From Anaerolineae bacterium (GTDB lineage: Bacteria; Chloroflexota; Anaerolineae; UBA4142): a stretch of DNA of 64,000 nucleotides. The notes beneath the pieces are model-generated. The model was not told where the DNA came from and did not search any database. It was given only the letters and a program-made list of their open reading frames with translations. Positions within the stretch are counted from its first letter, which is position 1; every line of letters starts with the position of its first letter. A program made the position numbers and the translations under genes. Shown here piece by piece: positions 50,827-59,628 of the stretch. The DNA is taken from positions 317-64,316 of the forward strand of contig DAOUAL010000021.1 in assembly GCA_034433515.1 (NCBI GenBank), given 5' to 3'.

Positions 50827-51189
50827 CTACATGGCGGCACGTCGCGCCGCTTTTTCTAACTCATTCTTGCATTTGACGCAGAGCGTAGTTTCTGGCAACG
50901 CTTTGAGTCGTTCAGGATCAATCGGCTTGCCACACCGTTCGCACACACCATAGGCACCTTTCTTGGCAATTTCGAGCGCCTTGTCAATCTCTTCAATTTT
51001 CTTTTCCAGCCGGCGCACTAACGCCAGATTTTTTTCGCGCTCGTACACGTCGAGGTCCACTTCGTCACTGGTGCGTTCGGGTTCGGTTTTCAAATATTCA
51101 CGCAACCGATTGAGTTCCGCCAACGTTTGCTCGCGTTCTTTTTCGAGTTCTTTGCGTTCAACAGGAGTCAGAGTCTTGTTTTTTGCCAT
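50827..51189 (-). CDS. DksA/TraR family C4-type zinc-finger protein
   Basis: Coiled-coil N-half and CERCGKPI...LCVKCK zinc finger. Start placed at ATG 51189 (MAKNKTL). Confidence 0.75.
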   Translation of the reverse strand: MAKNKTLTPVERKELEKEREQTLAELNRLREYLKTEPERTSDEVDLDVYEREKNLALVRRLEKKIEEIDKALEIAKKGAYGVCERCGKPIDPERLKALPETTLCVKCKNELEKAARRAAM

Positions 51190-51281
51190 CTTGCTTGCTC
51201 CCTTTGAAAGGTAAATTTGGCGCACCTTATAGCACAACTTTGACATCCCGTCAATTGAATCGTTTTTTAACGGAGGAGGTC

Positions 51282-52130
51282 ATGCCTCTCTTCAAACCCA
51301 ACCTGACCACACTCAAAGACAAACGTGATGTCGCCGGATTGATTCAAGCGCTCAAGACTAGAGATGCGCGCCTGCGTCGCGACGCACTCAAAGCATTGGG
51401 CGATCTAGGTGATCCGCGTGCACTTGACGCAGTGGTGCAAGCGTTGTTAGCAGACGAAAAAGAATTGGGCGATAAAGTGTACGCGGCAGAAGCGTTGGGC
51501 AAACTCGGCGATGCGGCAGTCATCGAACCCTTGGTGCGTGCATACGAAACGAGCCAACGTCGCGAACAAGAAACCATTGCCGCAATTCTGGCTTCACCCG
51601 ACCGGCGTTACCGCGATAATTTTTACGTGAATCGCATCTCGACCGATGAGCTGGAACTCCGCACGACGATTGCCCAAGCCCTCGCTCAAATTGGCGGAAC
51701 GGCTGCCCTCCACGCCCTCTTGACTCTGCTTGCCACCGAACAAGGTGCGATGGAAACCAGCATCAAGAACAAACTGCGCGAGGCAATTCAAGAGGTCGCC
51801 CGAAAACTAGGCAACGCGGCAGTCCCAATCTTCTGTGAGCAATTACGCCATCCTTTGATGCACGTACGGGAATGGGCGGCACACTGCCTTGGCGAGTTTG
51901 AGGATGGGCCAGCAATTCAGCACCTGGTCCGTGTGGCAATGAACGAAGACGAGACCTTTGATGTGCGGATTGCCGCGCTCAATAGTCTGGGACAGATCGG
52001 CAATCACGATGCTCTCGCCTACATCGAAGAATTGATTCATTCACCTAATCGTGTGATTGCGCGCGACGCCAAGCAGTGTGTAACGACCATTCGAACCCGG
52101 CTAGGTCTGCCGCGTTTACCTGGGTTTTAA
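51282..52130 (+). CDS. HEAT-repeat (PBS-lyase-like) protein
   Basis: Repeats ALGDLGDPRALDAVVQAL, ALGKLGDAAVIEPLV, ALAQIGGTAALHAL, SLGQIGNHDALAYI. ATG 51282 with GGAGGAGG upstream. Confidence 0.75.
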   Translation: MPLFKPNLTTLKDKRDVAGLIQALKTRDARLRRDALKALGDLGDPRALDAVVQALLADEKELGDKVYAAEALGKLGDAAVIEPLVRAYETSQRREQETIAAILASPDRRYRDNFYVNRISTDELELRTTIAQALAQIGGTAALHALLTLLATEQGAMETSIKNKLREAIQEVARKLGNAAVPIFCEQLRHPLMHVREWAAHCLGEFEDGPAIQHLVRVAMNEDETFDVRIAALNSLGQIGNHDALAYIEELIHSPNRVIARDAKQCVTTIRTRLGLPRLPGF

Positions 52131-52135
52131 TCAGA

Positions 52136-52744
52136 ATGGGATTACCTCATCGTCTATTGATCATCGCCGATGATGTTCTCGTACGCACCGGTCTGGCAAC
52201 CCTGTTGAGCCAACCATCCGAGTGTGTGGTCGTTGGGCAAATTGCGAGCGAGACCGAATTATCTGACGCCCAAGCACTGTATCGTCCCAACGTGATCGTG
52301 TGGGATTGGCATGCCCCCGCGATCAACTTGCGCGATATTGGCCTACCGATCATCGTCTTGCTTTCTGAAGCGAACGATGCGTTGGAGGCGTGGAATGCTG
52401 GCGCACGCGGAATCTTGAGACGCAACGCCACAGCCGAGTTGCTTGCCTCTGCCATCGCCGCTATCGCGGAAGGACTCGTTGTCATTGATCCAACCATCGC
52501 AGAAAAATTGTTTCCACTCCGCGAGCCGTTACCAGCACGTCCCATCGAAGAATTGACGCCGCGCGAACTTGAAGTCTTGCGCTGGATGGCAGAAGGTCAA
52601 TCGAACAAAACGATTGCGCGTGAACTGGGCATTAGCGAGTCCACGGTCAAATTCCACGTCAATGCCATCCTCGGCAAACTTGGCGTGCAAAGCCGCACCG
52701 AAGCGGTTGTTCACGCCACGCGGTTAGGATTGATTCTCCTCTAA
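52136..52744 (+). CDS. LuxR/NarL-family response regulator
   Basis: Receiver (LLIIADD...VIVWDW) plus GerE HTH (LTPRELEVLRWMAEGQSNKTIARELGISESTVKFHV). Confidence 0.85.
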   Translation: MGLPHRLLIIADDVLVRTGLATLLSQPSECVVVGQIASETELSDAQALYRPNVIVWDWHAPAINLRDIGLPIIVLLSEANDALEAWNAGARGILRRNATAELLASAIAAIAEGLVVIDPTIAEKLFPLREPLPARPIEELTPRELEVLRWMAEGQSNKTIARELGISESTVKFHVNAILGKLGVQSRTEAVVHATRLGLILL

Positions 52745-52835
52745 CACCTATACTTTTTTCCGGGTTGCCTCCTCATCCAAAGTTGGATGCTTTTCTCCCT
52801 ATCGCCAATTAGAATGGATGCTTAGGAGGATCAAC

Positions 52836-53729
52836 ATGTCTGTTTTATCCGATTTATCGCAAGCGATTGCCGCAACCGTTGAAACCGCCGGCGCAAGTGT
52901 GGTACGTGTGGAAGCACGCCCCCGTTTCCCGGCAAGCGGGATCGTTTGGTCGAGTGATGGGATCATCGTTACAGCGCATCACATTGTCGAGGAGGAAGAC
53001 AATATTCAAATCGGTCTCGGCGATGGACGCACCCTTGGCGCAAAATTGATTGGGCGCGATCCAACGACGGACATTGCGGTGTTGCGCACGCCGGCATCGG
53101 GCCTGGACACGCGCGCATGGACAGACCCGAAGGCAATTCACGTGGGGCATCTCGTTCTCGCACTGGGGCGCCCCGGTACAACGGTGATGGCGACGATGGG
53201 GATCGTCAGTGCCTATGGTGAAGCGTGGCGCACGCCGGCGGGCGGCAAACTCGACCGCTACTTGCAAACCGATGTCGTGATGTATCCCGGTTTTTCTGGC
53301 GGCCCCCTTGTGGATGCAAACGGTCAGTTTATCGGCTTGAACACGTCGGCACTGCTCCGCGGCATCAGTCTGACAATTCCAGCGACCACGATCAAATCGG
53401 TGGTCGAAACGCTTTTGTCGAAAGGGCGCATCAGTCGCGGTTATCTCGGTATAGGCGCGCAACCGGTGCGATTGCCGGTAACATTGGCGAAACAATTGAA
53501 TCAAGAAACCGGCTTGCTCATCGTTTCGGTTGAGCCGGGTGGTCCCGCCGAAAAAGCCAACTTGCTGTTAGGCGATGTCATCGTCGCCCTAGGGAATGAC
53601 CCCGTGCGCCATCTGGATGATTTGCTCGCCGCGTTGAGCGGTGATCGCGTGGGCGCAACGGTGCCGGTGCACATCGTGCGCGGCGGTCAAACGATGGAAC
53701 TCAAAGCAACCGTGGGCGAGCGCAACTAG
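52836..53729 (+). CDS. S1C (HtrA-like) serine protease with PDZ domain, no signal peptide seen
   Basis: Catalytic triad contexts TAHHIV, TDIAVL, GFSGGPL. C-terminal PDZ (GYLGIGAQPV...GDVIVALGN). Confidence 0.8.
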   Translation: MSVLSDLSQAIAATVETAGASVVRVEARPRFPASGIVWSSDGIIVTAHHIVEEEDNIQIGLGDGRTLGAKLIGRDPTTDIAVLRTPASGLDTRAWTDPKAIHVGHLVLALGRPGTTVMATMGIVSAYGEAWRTPAGGKLDRYLQTDVVMYPGFSGGPLVDANGQFIGLNTSALLRGISLTIPATTIKSVVETLLSKGRISRGYLGIGAQPVRLPVTLAKQLNQETGLLIVSVEPGGPAEKANLLLGDVIVALGNDPVRHLDDLLAALSGDRVGATVPVHIVRGGQTMELKATVGERN

Positions 53730-53744
53730 TCAGTGGAGATTTCA

Positions 53745-54374
53745 ATGAATTTGATACAGCAACTCAACGACGATCTTGCCGCGAAGGTTGCGAAAGCACG
53801 GCCAAGTCTCGTCGAGATACATAACGGTCACGGTGGCGCGGGCGCCGGCATCATCGTCCGTGCCGATGGTTTGATTATCACGAACGCGCACGTCATCGGA
53901 CGGCGTGGCTTGCATGCCATCTTGCCGGATGGCCAAGTCTTGCCGGTACGGCTCATCGCCTATGATCGGGCTCATGATCTCGCCGCGTTGCGCGTGGAGG
54001 CGGACACTTTGCCAACCATCGAGTTTGGCGATTCGAAAAATCTGCGTCCTGGGGACTGGGTGATCGCCCTGGGGCATCCGTGGGGCGTCGTCGGCGCGGC
54101 GACGGCGGGCATTGTCATTGGGAGTGGTACGGATTTTCCAGAGTTTCAAACAGGCGGGCGTGAATTCATCGTTGCCAGTTTGCATCTGCGACCCGGGCAT
54201 TCCGGCGGGCTGATGGTGGATAGCAACGGCTGTCTCGTTGGTGTGAATGTGATGATCAACGGACCCGATGTAGGCATGGCAATCCCGGTTCATGTCGTCA
54301 AGCAATTCCTCAAAGAACTGGATGAGGTGCAACCGGCGCGGCGACCATACCACGCCGAAAGGATGATGGTGTAA
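53745..54374 (+). CDS. S1C trypsin-like serine protease without PDZ domain
   Basis: TNAHVI, HDLAALRV, RPGHSGGLMVD triad contexts. 209 aa. Confidence 0.8.
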   Translation: MNLIQQLNDDLAAKVAKARPSLVEIHNGHGGAGAGIIVRADGLIITNAHVIGRRGLHAILPDGQVLPVRLIAYDRAHDLAALRVEADTLPTIEFGDSKNLRPGDWVIALGHPWGVVGAATAGIVIGSGTDFPEFQTGGREFIVASLHLRPGHSGGLMVDSNGCLVGVNVMINGPDVGMAIPVHVVKQFLKELDEVQPARRPYHAERMMV

Positions 54375-54380
54375 AATAAA

Positions 54381-54414
54381 ACGGGCAACCTGGGTCGGGT
54401 TGCCCGTATCTTTA
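54381..54414. terminator. bidirectional terminator between convergent genes
   Basis: ACGGGCAACC-tgggtcg-GGTTGCCCGT, flanked by AAAATAAA and ATCTTTAT. Confidence 0.65.
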
Positions 54415-54837
54415 TCCGCCCGCCTTGCCCAGTGCAAAACTCAGCACCAAGACTATCAACACAAACCCGGTAATCGCCACGTACAACCAATCGCGTTCGA
54501 TTGCAAATGCAATGACAGAAACGGCAACACGTACCACCGGAATCGCAATGAGTACGAGCAAGCCCAAACTGATGATGGCGTACGGTTTGAGCGCAAGCAC
54601 GCCGCTAAACACATCGCCTAACGTGGTGGGAAAATCCGGGCGCGGATGATAGGCAACAATGCGGGGCAGATCGTCCAGTGGAATCTGATGATAGCCCGTT
54701 CCACCGGTGAGAACAACCGCCACAATTCCGATGCCGACGATTACAAAACTGAGAATCACGCCCCCGCGCAACAACCGCGCGATAACACGTTCAACCCGCA
54801 ACGTTTCGTCATGATTATTTGTCTGACTCGCTGACAT
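54412..54837 (-). CDS. DUF1634-like small membrane protein
   Basis: Start at ATG 54837 (MSASQTNNHDETLRVERVIARLLRGG). 3-4 TM helices. Position downstream of a TauE/SafE gene is typical for DUF1634. Confidence 0.6.
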   Translation of the reverse strand: MSASQTNNHDETLRVERVIARLLRGGVILSFVIVGIGIVAVVLTGGTGYHQIPLDDLPRIVAYHPRPDFPTTLGDVFSGVLALKPYAIISLGLLVLIAIPVVRVAVSVIAFAIERDWLYVAITGFVLIVLVLSFALGKAGG

Positions 54838-55183
54838 TTTCCGTCTCGCTCCAATCCGATGACTCGTCCATAGCGTTGAATTCCGGTGGACTAAGACGAT
54901 CCAGCGCCCATAATACCCCATGGATGGATAACACACCGACCGCAGCGCTAATCACTGTCGGAATCAAATTAACATCGCCAATCACGATGGCATTCAGCGT
55001 ATCGGCTTGGAAAAAATTCGGCGCCGCCCACGCACTCAGGAAACCGAGCAACCACGTTGCGCCCCATAGCACCCGATCAAACATCGGCGATTGGCGCGCC
55101 CGTGGAATCAGCAACACCGCTGGAATAGTCCATACCGCTGACACAGCGGCAAAAATCAGAAATTGAGTGAACGACACTCGCAA
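54815..55183 (-). CDS. hypothetical membrane protein
   Basis: 122 aa with 3-4 hydrophobic helices and an acidic C-terminus. No family recognised. Confidence 0.45.
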   Translation of the reverse strand: MRVSFTQFLIFAAVSAVWTIPAVLLIPRARQSPMFDRVLWGATWLLGFLSAWAAPNFFQADTLNAIVIGDVNLIPTVISAAVGVLSIHGVLWALDRLSPPEFNAMDESSDWSETENVSESDK

Positions 55184-55189
55184 CCTCTC

Positions 55190-56035
55190 TCAAAACGATA
55201 AGCCGAGCCCTTTGACGAGCATTTGCAAGGCAATGAAAATCATCACGCCGATAAAGATGTGGCGCAGCCAAGTGCTGCGCAAGCGCATCATGATTCGTGT
55301 GCCGAACATCGCACCGATCAACACACCCATGGCGACCGGCGCGGCAATGAAGGGATTGATGTCACCGCGAATAAAGTACACGCCCGCGCTCGCCGCCGCC
55401 GTTACCCCGATCATAAAATTGCTGGTTGCCGTCGAAACTTTCATTGGCAACTTCATCGCCAAGTCCATCGCCGGGACTTTGAGAACGCCACTCCCAATGC
55501 CGAGCAAGCCAGACACCACCCCGGCAATGAACATCAAGGGCAAACCGTACCGTGCGCCGCGCACGTTGTAATTCACTTGCTGATTCAGCACCGAATCGTA
55601 ATACGAACTTCCCAGGTGCAGAAAATTCGCCAAGGGTCCCATCTCTACGCCCACCGGTAATTCGGCATCGCGCTGGCGAAACATCGCGTACGCCGAGTAC
55701 AGCAAGACAAGACTAAAGATGACAAATAACCCGGACCCACCCACAAAGCCGGCGAGGAATGCGCCACAGATCGCTCCCAGCGTTGTCCCGATTTCGAGGA
55801 ACATCGCCACGCGAATGTTGGTTATCCCATCCCGTAAATACGCCGCCGCTGCACCAGACGAGGTTGCGATCACCGAAACAATGCTCGCGCCAATGGCATA
55901 ATGAATGTCAATACCTAACAGCAACGTGAGCATCGGCACCAAGATCACCCCGCCGCCCAACCCCAGCAATGCGCCGAACACTCCCGCACCCGTAGATACG
56001 ATAAAGGTTTCGATGAGAAAAAGAATGGCTGCCAT
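55190..56035 (-). CDS. sulfite exporter TauE/SafE family protein
   Basis: 281-aa polytopic protein with the duplicated Gly-rich helices typical of TauE/SafE (GALLGLGGGVILVP, GLLGIGSGVLKVP). Confidence 0.8.
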   Translation of the reverse strand: MAAILFLIETFIVSTGAGVFGALLGLGGGVILVPMLTLLLGIDIHYAIGASIVSVIATSSGAAAAYLRDGITNIRVAMFLEIGTTLGAICGAFLAGFVGGSGLFVIFSLVLLYSAYAMFRQRDAELPVGVEMGPLANFLHLGSSYYDSVLNQQVNYNVRGARYGLPLMFIAGVVSGLLGIGSGVLKVPAMDLAMKLPMKVSTATSNFMIGVTAAASAGVYFIRGDINPFIAAPVAMGVLIGAMFGTRIMMRLRSTWLRHIFIGVMIFIALQMLVKGLGLSF

Positions 56036-56236
56036 TTCAATGACTCTGCAAGAATGCCAATTCTAAACGATGCAATTCTAGTCTGATGAATCGAATGTGT
56101 CAACACATTCCTGCTGCTGGTGATTACCCAAAACTCACCGCAGAGGCGCAGAGGTCGCCGAGTTGTCTTATTTTTTTCTCTGCGTTCTCGGCGTCTCGGC
56201 GGTAAAATGGAGATGTGAGTAATCACCAGATTCCTG

Positions 56237-56264
56237 TTGACAACGACACAAGAAATAGTACAAT
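56237..56264 (+). promoter_or_regulatory. sigma-70-type promoter of the peroxiredoxin gene
   Basis: TTGACA, 16-nt spacer, TACAAT. Confidence 0.5.
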
Positions 56265-56315
56265 CATCGCGCGTTACCGATGATCATAAAATTTTCCCTA
56301 AATGGAGGTTGAGCC

Positions 56316-56801
56316 ATGTCCGAACTCAAGATCGGTGATGTCGCGCCGGATTTTACCGCACCCGGCGTCATCACCAAACCCGAAGTGCAACGCCTCGAAA
56401 TCAAACTAAGTGATTATCGCGGCAAAAAGAATGTGGTGTTGGCATTCCATCCCTTTGCCTTTACCGCCCTCTGAGACAAGCAAATTCCTTCCTACGAAGC
56501 GCAACTCGCCGAGTTCGAAGGATTGAATAGCCAGGTTCTGGCTATCAGTTGTGATCCGATTTTTTCCAAGCAAGCGTGGGGCAAATCGCTGGGCGGTATC
56601 TCTTATCCCCTCGTTGCCGATTTCTGGCCCCATGGCCAAGTCTCTCTCGCGTACGGCATTTTTAACGAAAAACTTGGACGCCCCGATCGAGCGATCTTTC
56701 TGGTGGATACAAACGGAATTTTGCGTTGGATCAAAAAATATGAACCCGGAATCCTGCCCGATAATGGTGAACTCTTGACCGAATTGCGCAAACTACGATA
56801 A
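56316..56801 (+). CDS. peroxiredoxin (AhpC/TSA family) with in-frame TGA at the peroxidatic position: candidate selenocysteine protein (or fresh nonsense pseudogene)
   Basis: ATG 56316 (GGAGG upstream). Reads ...[16 protein letters not shown](56472-56474)-DKQIPSYE... and continues in the same frame as ORF 56523..56801 to TAA. PFAFTAL+TGA matches the Prx motif PxxxTxxC. The downstream Arg context RAIFLVD is intact. Confidence 0.7.
56487..56545 (+). promoter_or_regulatory. candidate SECIS-like stem-loops downstream of the in-frame UGA
   Basis: Hairpin 1 at 56487-56521: CCUU/AAGG, CGAA/UUCG, GCG/CGC, loop CAACU, starting 13 nt after the UGA. Hairpin 2 at 56527-56545: AUAGCCAG-GUU-CUGGCUAU, a perfect 8 bp. 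Confidence 0.35.
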
Positions 56802-56817
56802 CGCCAAGCCGGGTTTC

Positions 56818-56926
56818 CTAGTCGTGCACCAACATGCAAGTGCGTGGTGAAAACTCGATTTTTAGCCACATCTGTCAACGTCTTCCCCTCGGTCTGGTAT
56901 GCAACGATTTCATGTTGTTGCACTGG
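56818..56926 (-). mobile_element. MITE-like element copy 6 (109 bp, subfamily B)
   Basis: CTAG...CTGG flanks. Lies 17 nt after the peroxiredoxin stop codon. Confidence 0.85.
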
Positions 56927-56949
56927 CAACCCGGCTTTTTCCAAATCTA

Positions 56950-57321
56950 ATGAGAATCTTTACTCTGGAACAAGCCAATCAACTTATCCCTTACCTCAAC
57001 CAAACCATTGACCAATTAATCGAAATCCGCGATCAACTTGCCCGCGAGGGCGTGCACCTTCATTCCTTGTTGCAACGTGCCAGCGGCAACGGCGGCAATC
57101 AACATAGCAATGCGTACTATCTTTTGCTCGAACGGTTCAATGCGCGCTTGAGCGAATTGGAAGCGTTGGGCTGTGAACTCAAAGACCTGGATCAAGGTCT
57201 AGTGGATTTTCCTTCTTATCGCGACGGCAAGTTCGTTTATCTCTGTTGGCAACGCGGCGAAGATCGCATCCGTTATTGGCACACACGAGAAGCCGGCTTT
57301 GCTGGACGGCAACCTTTGTAA
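56950..57321 (+). CDS. DUF2203 family protein
   Basis: MRIFTLEQANQLIPYL..., GCELKDLDQGLVDFPS, YLCWQRGEDRIRYWH pattern characteristic of DUF2203. Confidence 0.65.
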   Translation: MRIFTLEQANQLIPYLNQTIDQLIEIRDQLAREGVHLHSLLQRASGNGGNQHSNAYYLLLERFNARLSELEALGCELKDLDQGLVDFPSYRDGKFVYLCWQRGEDRIRYWHTREAGFAGRQPL

Positions 57322-57327
57322 TCCACC

Positions 57328-58038
57328 ATGACTCAACTCTGGCTGGTCAATCTCGACCTCGTTCCTTACGCTGACGCGCTTGCGCTGCAACATCGCCTTG
57401 TGGCTGCACGCAAGCGCGGCGCATTAAACGATACCCTCTTGCTCTTGGAACATCCGCCGGTGTTCACGTTGGGGCGGAACGCCACTGACGCGAACATTAT
57501 CGCCACGCCGGAATTTCTTGAACAACAGGGCATCCAAGTCTTTCGCGTGGAACGTGGCGGCGATGTAACGTATCACGGACCTGGGCAACTCGTCGGCTAT
57601 CCCATTCTCGATCTGCACAATTTTCGATTAGACGTGGGCTGGTTTGTGCGATCGCTGGAAGAAATGCTCATTCGTGTCGTCCGCGATTTTGGCATCCCAG
57701 GGAAACGCCTTGACAAGTTGGTGGGCGCGTGGCTGGATACTCCCACCGGCGAAGCCAAGATTGCGCAAATCGGCGCGCGTATCGAGCAATGGATTACCTA
57801 TCACGGTTTTGCGCTCAACGTGGATCCGAATATGGCGCACTTTGATTTGATCGTCCCCTGCGGCATCGCCGATAAAGCCGTCACCTCGCTCCGACGCGTG
57901 CTGAATCATCCCATCGAGATGCGCGCCGTGCGCGAACGCGTTGCCGCACGCTTTGGCGAAGTGTTTGGCGCAAAGATCGTCGAGGTATCGTCCGAAGAGT
58001 TCCAAGTCAGGTTAGAACAAGCCACGGCACCGAGTTGA
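57328..58038 (+). CDS. lipB: octanoyltransferase (lipoyl(octanoyl) transferase)
   Basis: RGGDVTYHGPGQLVGYPIL, KIAQIGARI, VPCGI motifs. Confidence 0.9.
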   Translation: MTQLWLVNLDLVPYADALALQHRLVAARKRGALNDTLLLLEHPPVFTLGRNATDANIIATPEFLEQQGIQVFRVERGGDVTYHGPGQLVGYPILDLHNFRLDVGWFVRSLEEMLIRVVRDFGIPGKRLDKLVGAWLDTPTGEAKIAQIGARIEQWITYHGFALNVDPNMAHFDLIVPCGIADKAVTSLRRVLNHPIEMRAVRERVAARFGEVFGAKIVEVSSEEFQVRLEQATAPS

Positions 58039-58041
58039 TGC

Positions 58042-58734
58042 TCAGGGCAGTTTTTGTTTTTCCGCTTGCTCGATCACATCCCAATGTCGCGCCCGCGCGA
58101 GTGCGGCAAGTTGAGCATCGGGATAAACTGCTACCGGATGTCCCACCATCTCCAACAACGCCAAGTCGCTAATCGAATCGGCATACGCATAACTCGCTGC
58201 AAAATCAAGCGTGATGCCGCGCGCGTTCAACCATTCTTTGGTTAAGCGCGCCTTGTCTGCACCCATACATACCGGCGGAATCACGCGACCAGTACATCGC
58301 CCATCCACAAATTCGAGTGCGGTGCCGACTGTACCAGCAACGCCCAAATGCTCGCCAATCAACTCTAGCGCCGGCGCCAGCATCGCCGAAACAAGTACTA
58401 CGGTGTGGCCATGCGTCACGTGATTACGCAAACGCATAATCAAATCGGGATTCGCGGTGGCTTCGATATAGTGCTCCACCACCCAACGGAACGCCGCCTC
58501 GGTTTGCGCCGTGTCCCAATCTTTGATGAGCGAACCCAGCGTCATCACCCACGGCGTGCGAAATGTCTCTTCATCAATCCATTTGAGTTTGCGCAAATAA
58601 TAAAAAGGCAAATTGCGCAGCATATACCAACGCGTCCGAGCCTTGCCGCCGTGTGCGGCAACATACTGCAACAAGCCGCGCCACATCGTGGCATTGTAAA
58701 GTGTGCCATCTACATCAAAGAATGCCCCAATCAT
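58042..58734 (-). CDS. HAD-IB family hydrolase
   Basis: Motif I FFDVDGTLY and later HAD motifs (VVLVSAM, YADSISDL). Start placed at ATG 58734 with GAGGGA upstream. The ORF-track start 58884 would overlap the divergent gene. Confidence 0.7.
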   Translation of the reverse strand: MIGAFFDVDGTLYNATMWRGLLQYVAAHGGKARTRWYMLRNLPFYYLRKLKWIDEETFRTPWVMTLGSLIKDWDTAQTEAAFRWVVEHYIEATANPDLIMRLRNHVTHGHTVVLVSAMLAPALELIGEHLGVAGTVGTALEFVDGRCTGRVIPPVCMGADKARLTKEWLNARGITLDFAASYAYADSISDLALLEMVGHPVAVYPDAQLAALARARHWDVIEQAEKQKLP

Positions 58735-58877
58735 TCCCTCATCGCCTCCAACGTGATTATAGCACAATTGATATAACGCTACGGGCTCCCGAACAGAAAT
58801 CCCCGGCATCATGCCAACTTGAAACTCGTTGGGCTTGATGTTATAATCCGCCCAAATCTTTTCGATGGAGGGTCGAG

Positions 58878-59561
58878 ATGACAATCAAACTCACGTGGTA
58901 CGGGCATGCTTGTTGGAATATCGAAACTCCCCAAGGGACTATTCTCATTGATCCCTTCTTCACGGGCAATCCCAGCGCGCCCACTACCGCCGATCAAGCG
59001 AAAGCGGATTTTATTCTCATTTCGCATGGGCATGGTGATCATTTAGGCGATGCGGTACCGATCGCCAAACGCACCGGCGCACTCATCATCAGCAACTATG
59101 AAATTGCCTCGTATTGCCAGAGCCAAGGTTGCAAAGCGCATCCCCAGCATATCGGGGGCAGCCGCGATTATCCGTTTGGTAATCTGAAATTGACGATTGC
59201 GCATCACGGCTCCTCCTTCCCCGATGGTCGCTACGCGGGCAACCCTGCCGGTTTCTTGCTCACTCTGGGCAAAACCAAAATTTACGATGCCGCCGACACC
59301 GGCTTGTTTTTCGATATGAAACTGATCGGTGAAGAGGGCATTGATCTGGCTCTGTTACCGATTGGCGATAATTTTACTATGGGGCCCGCTGACGCGGTAC
59401 GCGCCGTGAAACTCATTAAGCCCAAAGTCGTCATCCCTATGCATTACAACACGTTCGATGTAATTAGCCAAGACCCCAAATCGTTTGCCACGCGGGTGAA
59501 AAAGGTCTCCCCCAAAACCAAGGTAGTTGTCCTCAAACCCGGTGACTCGTTTTCGATTTAA
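58878..59561 (+). CDS. metallo-beta-lactamase-fold hydrolase (UPF0173-like)
   Basis: MTIKLTWYGHACW N-terminus and ILISHGHGDHLGD (HxHxDH) motif. Confidence 0.8.
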   Translation: MTIKLTWYGHACWNIETPQGTILIDPFFTGNPSAPTTADQAKADFILISHGHGDHLGDAVPIAKRTGALIISNYEIASYCQSQGCKAHPQHIGGSRDYPFGNLKLTIAHHGSSFPDGRYAGNPAGFLLTLGKTKIYDAADTGLFFDMKLIGEEGIDLALLPIGDNFTMGPADAVRAVKLIKPKVVIPMHYNTFDVISQDPKSFATRVKKVSPKTKVVVLKPGDSFSI

Positions 59562-59628
59562 CGGAATACGCAACACGTGCTACGCGATCCGTGTTCCGTC
59601 TAACAAACATTGAGAAGGAGAAGGATCA

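Noticed and set aside
56120-56215. GC-rich imperfect inverted repeat ACCGCaGAGGCGC ... GCGTCTCgGCGGT with an internal T-run, in the TauE/peroxiredoxin divergent region, and the 93-aa ORF 55945..56226 reading through it
   Set aside because: The ORF is Arg-rich and low in complexity, and it overlaps the promoter region. The repeat has a ~40-nt loop and no clear terminator or operator geometry. I noted it only as possible repeat debris.
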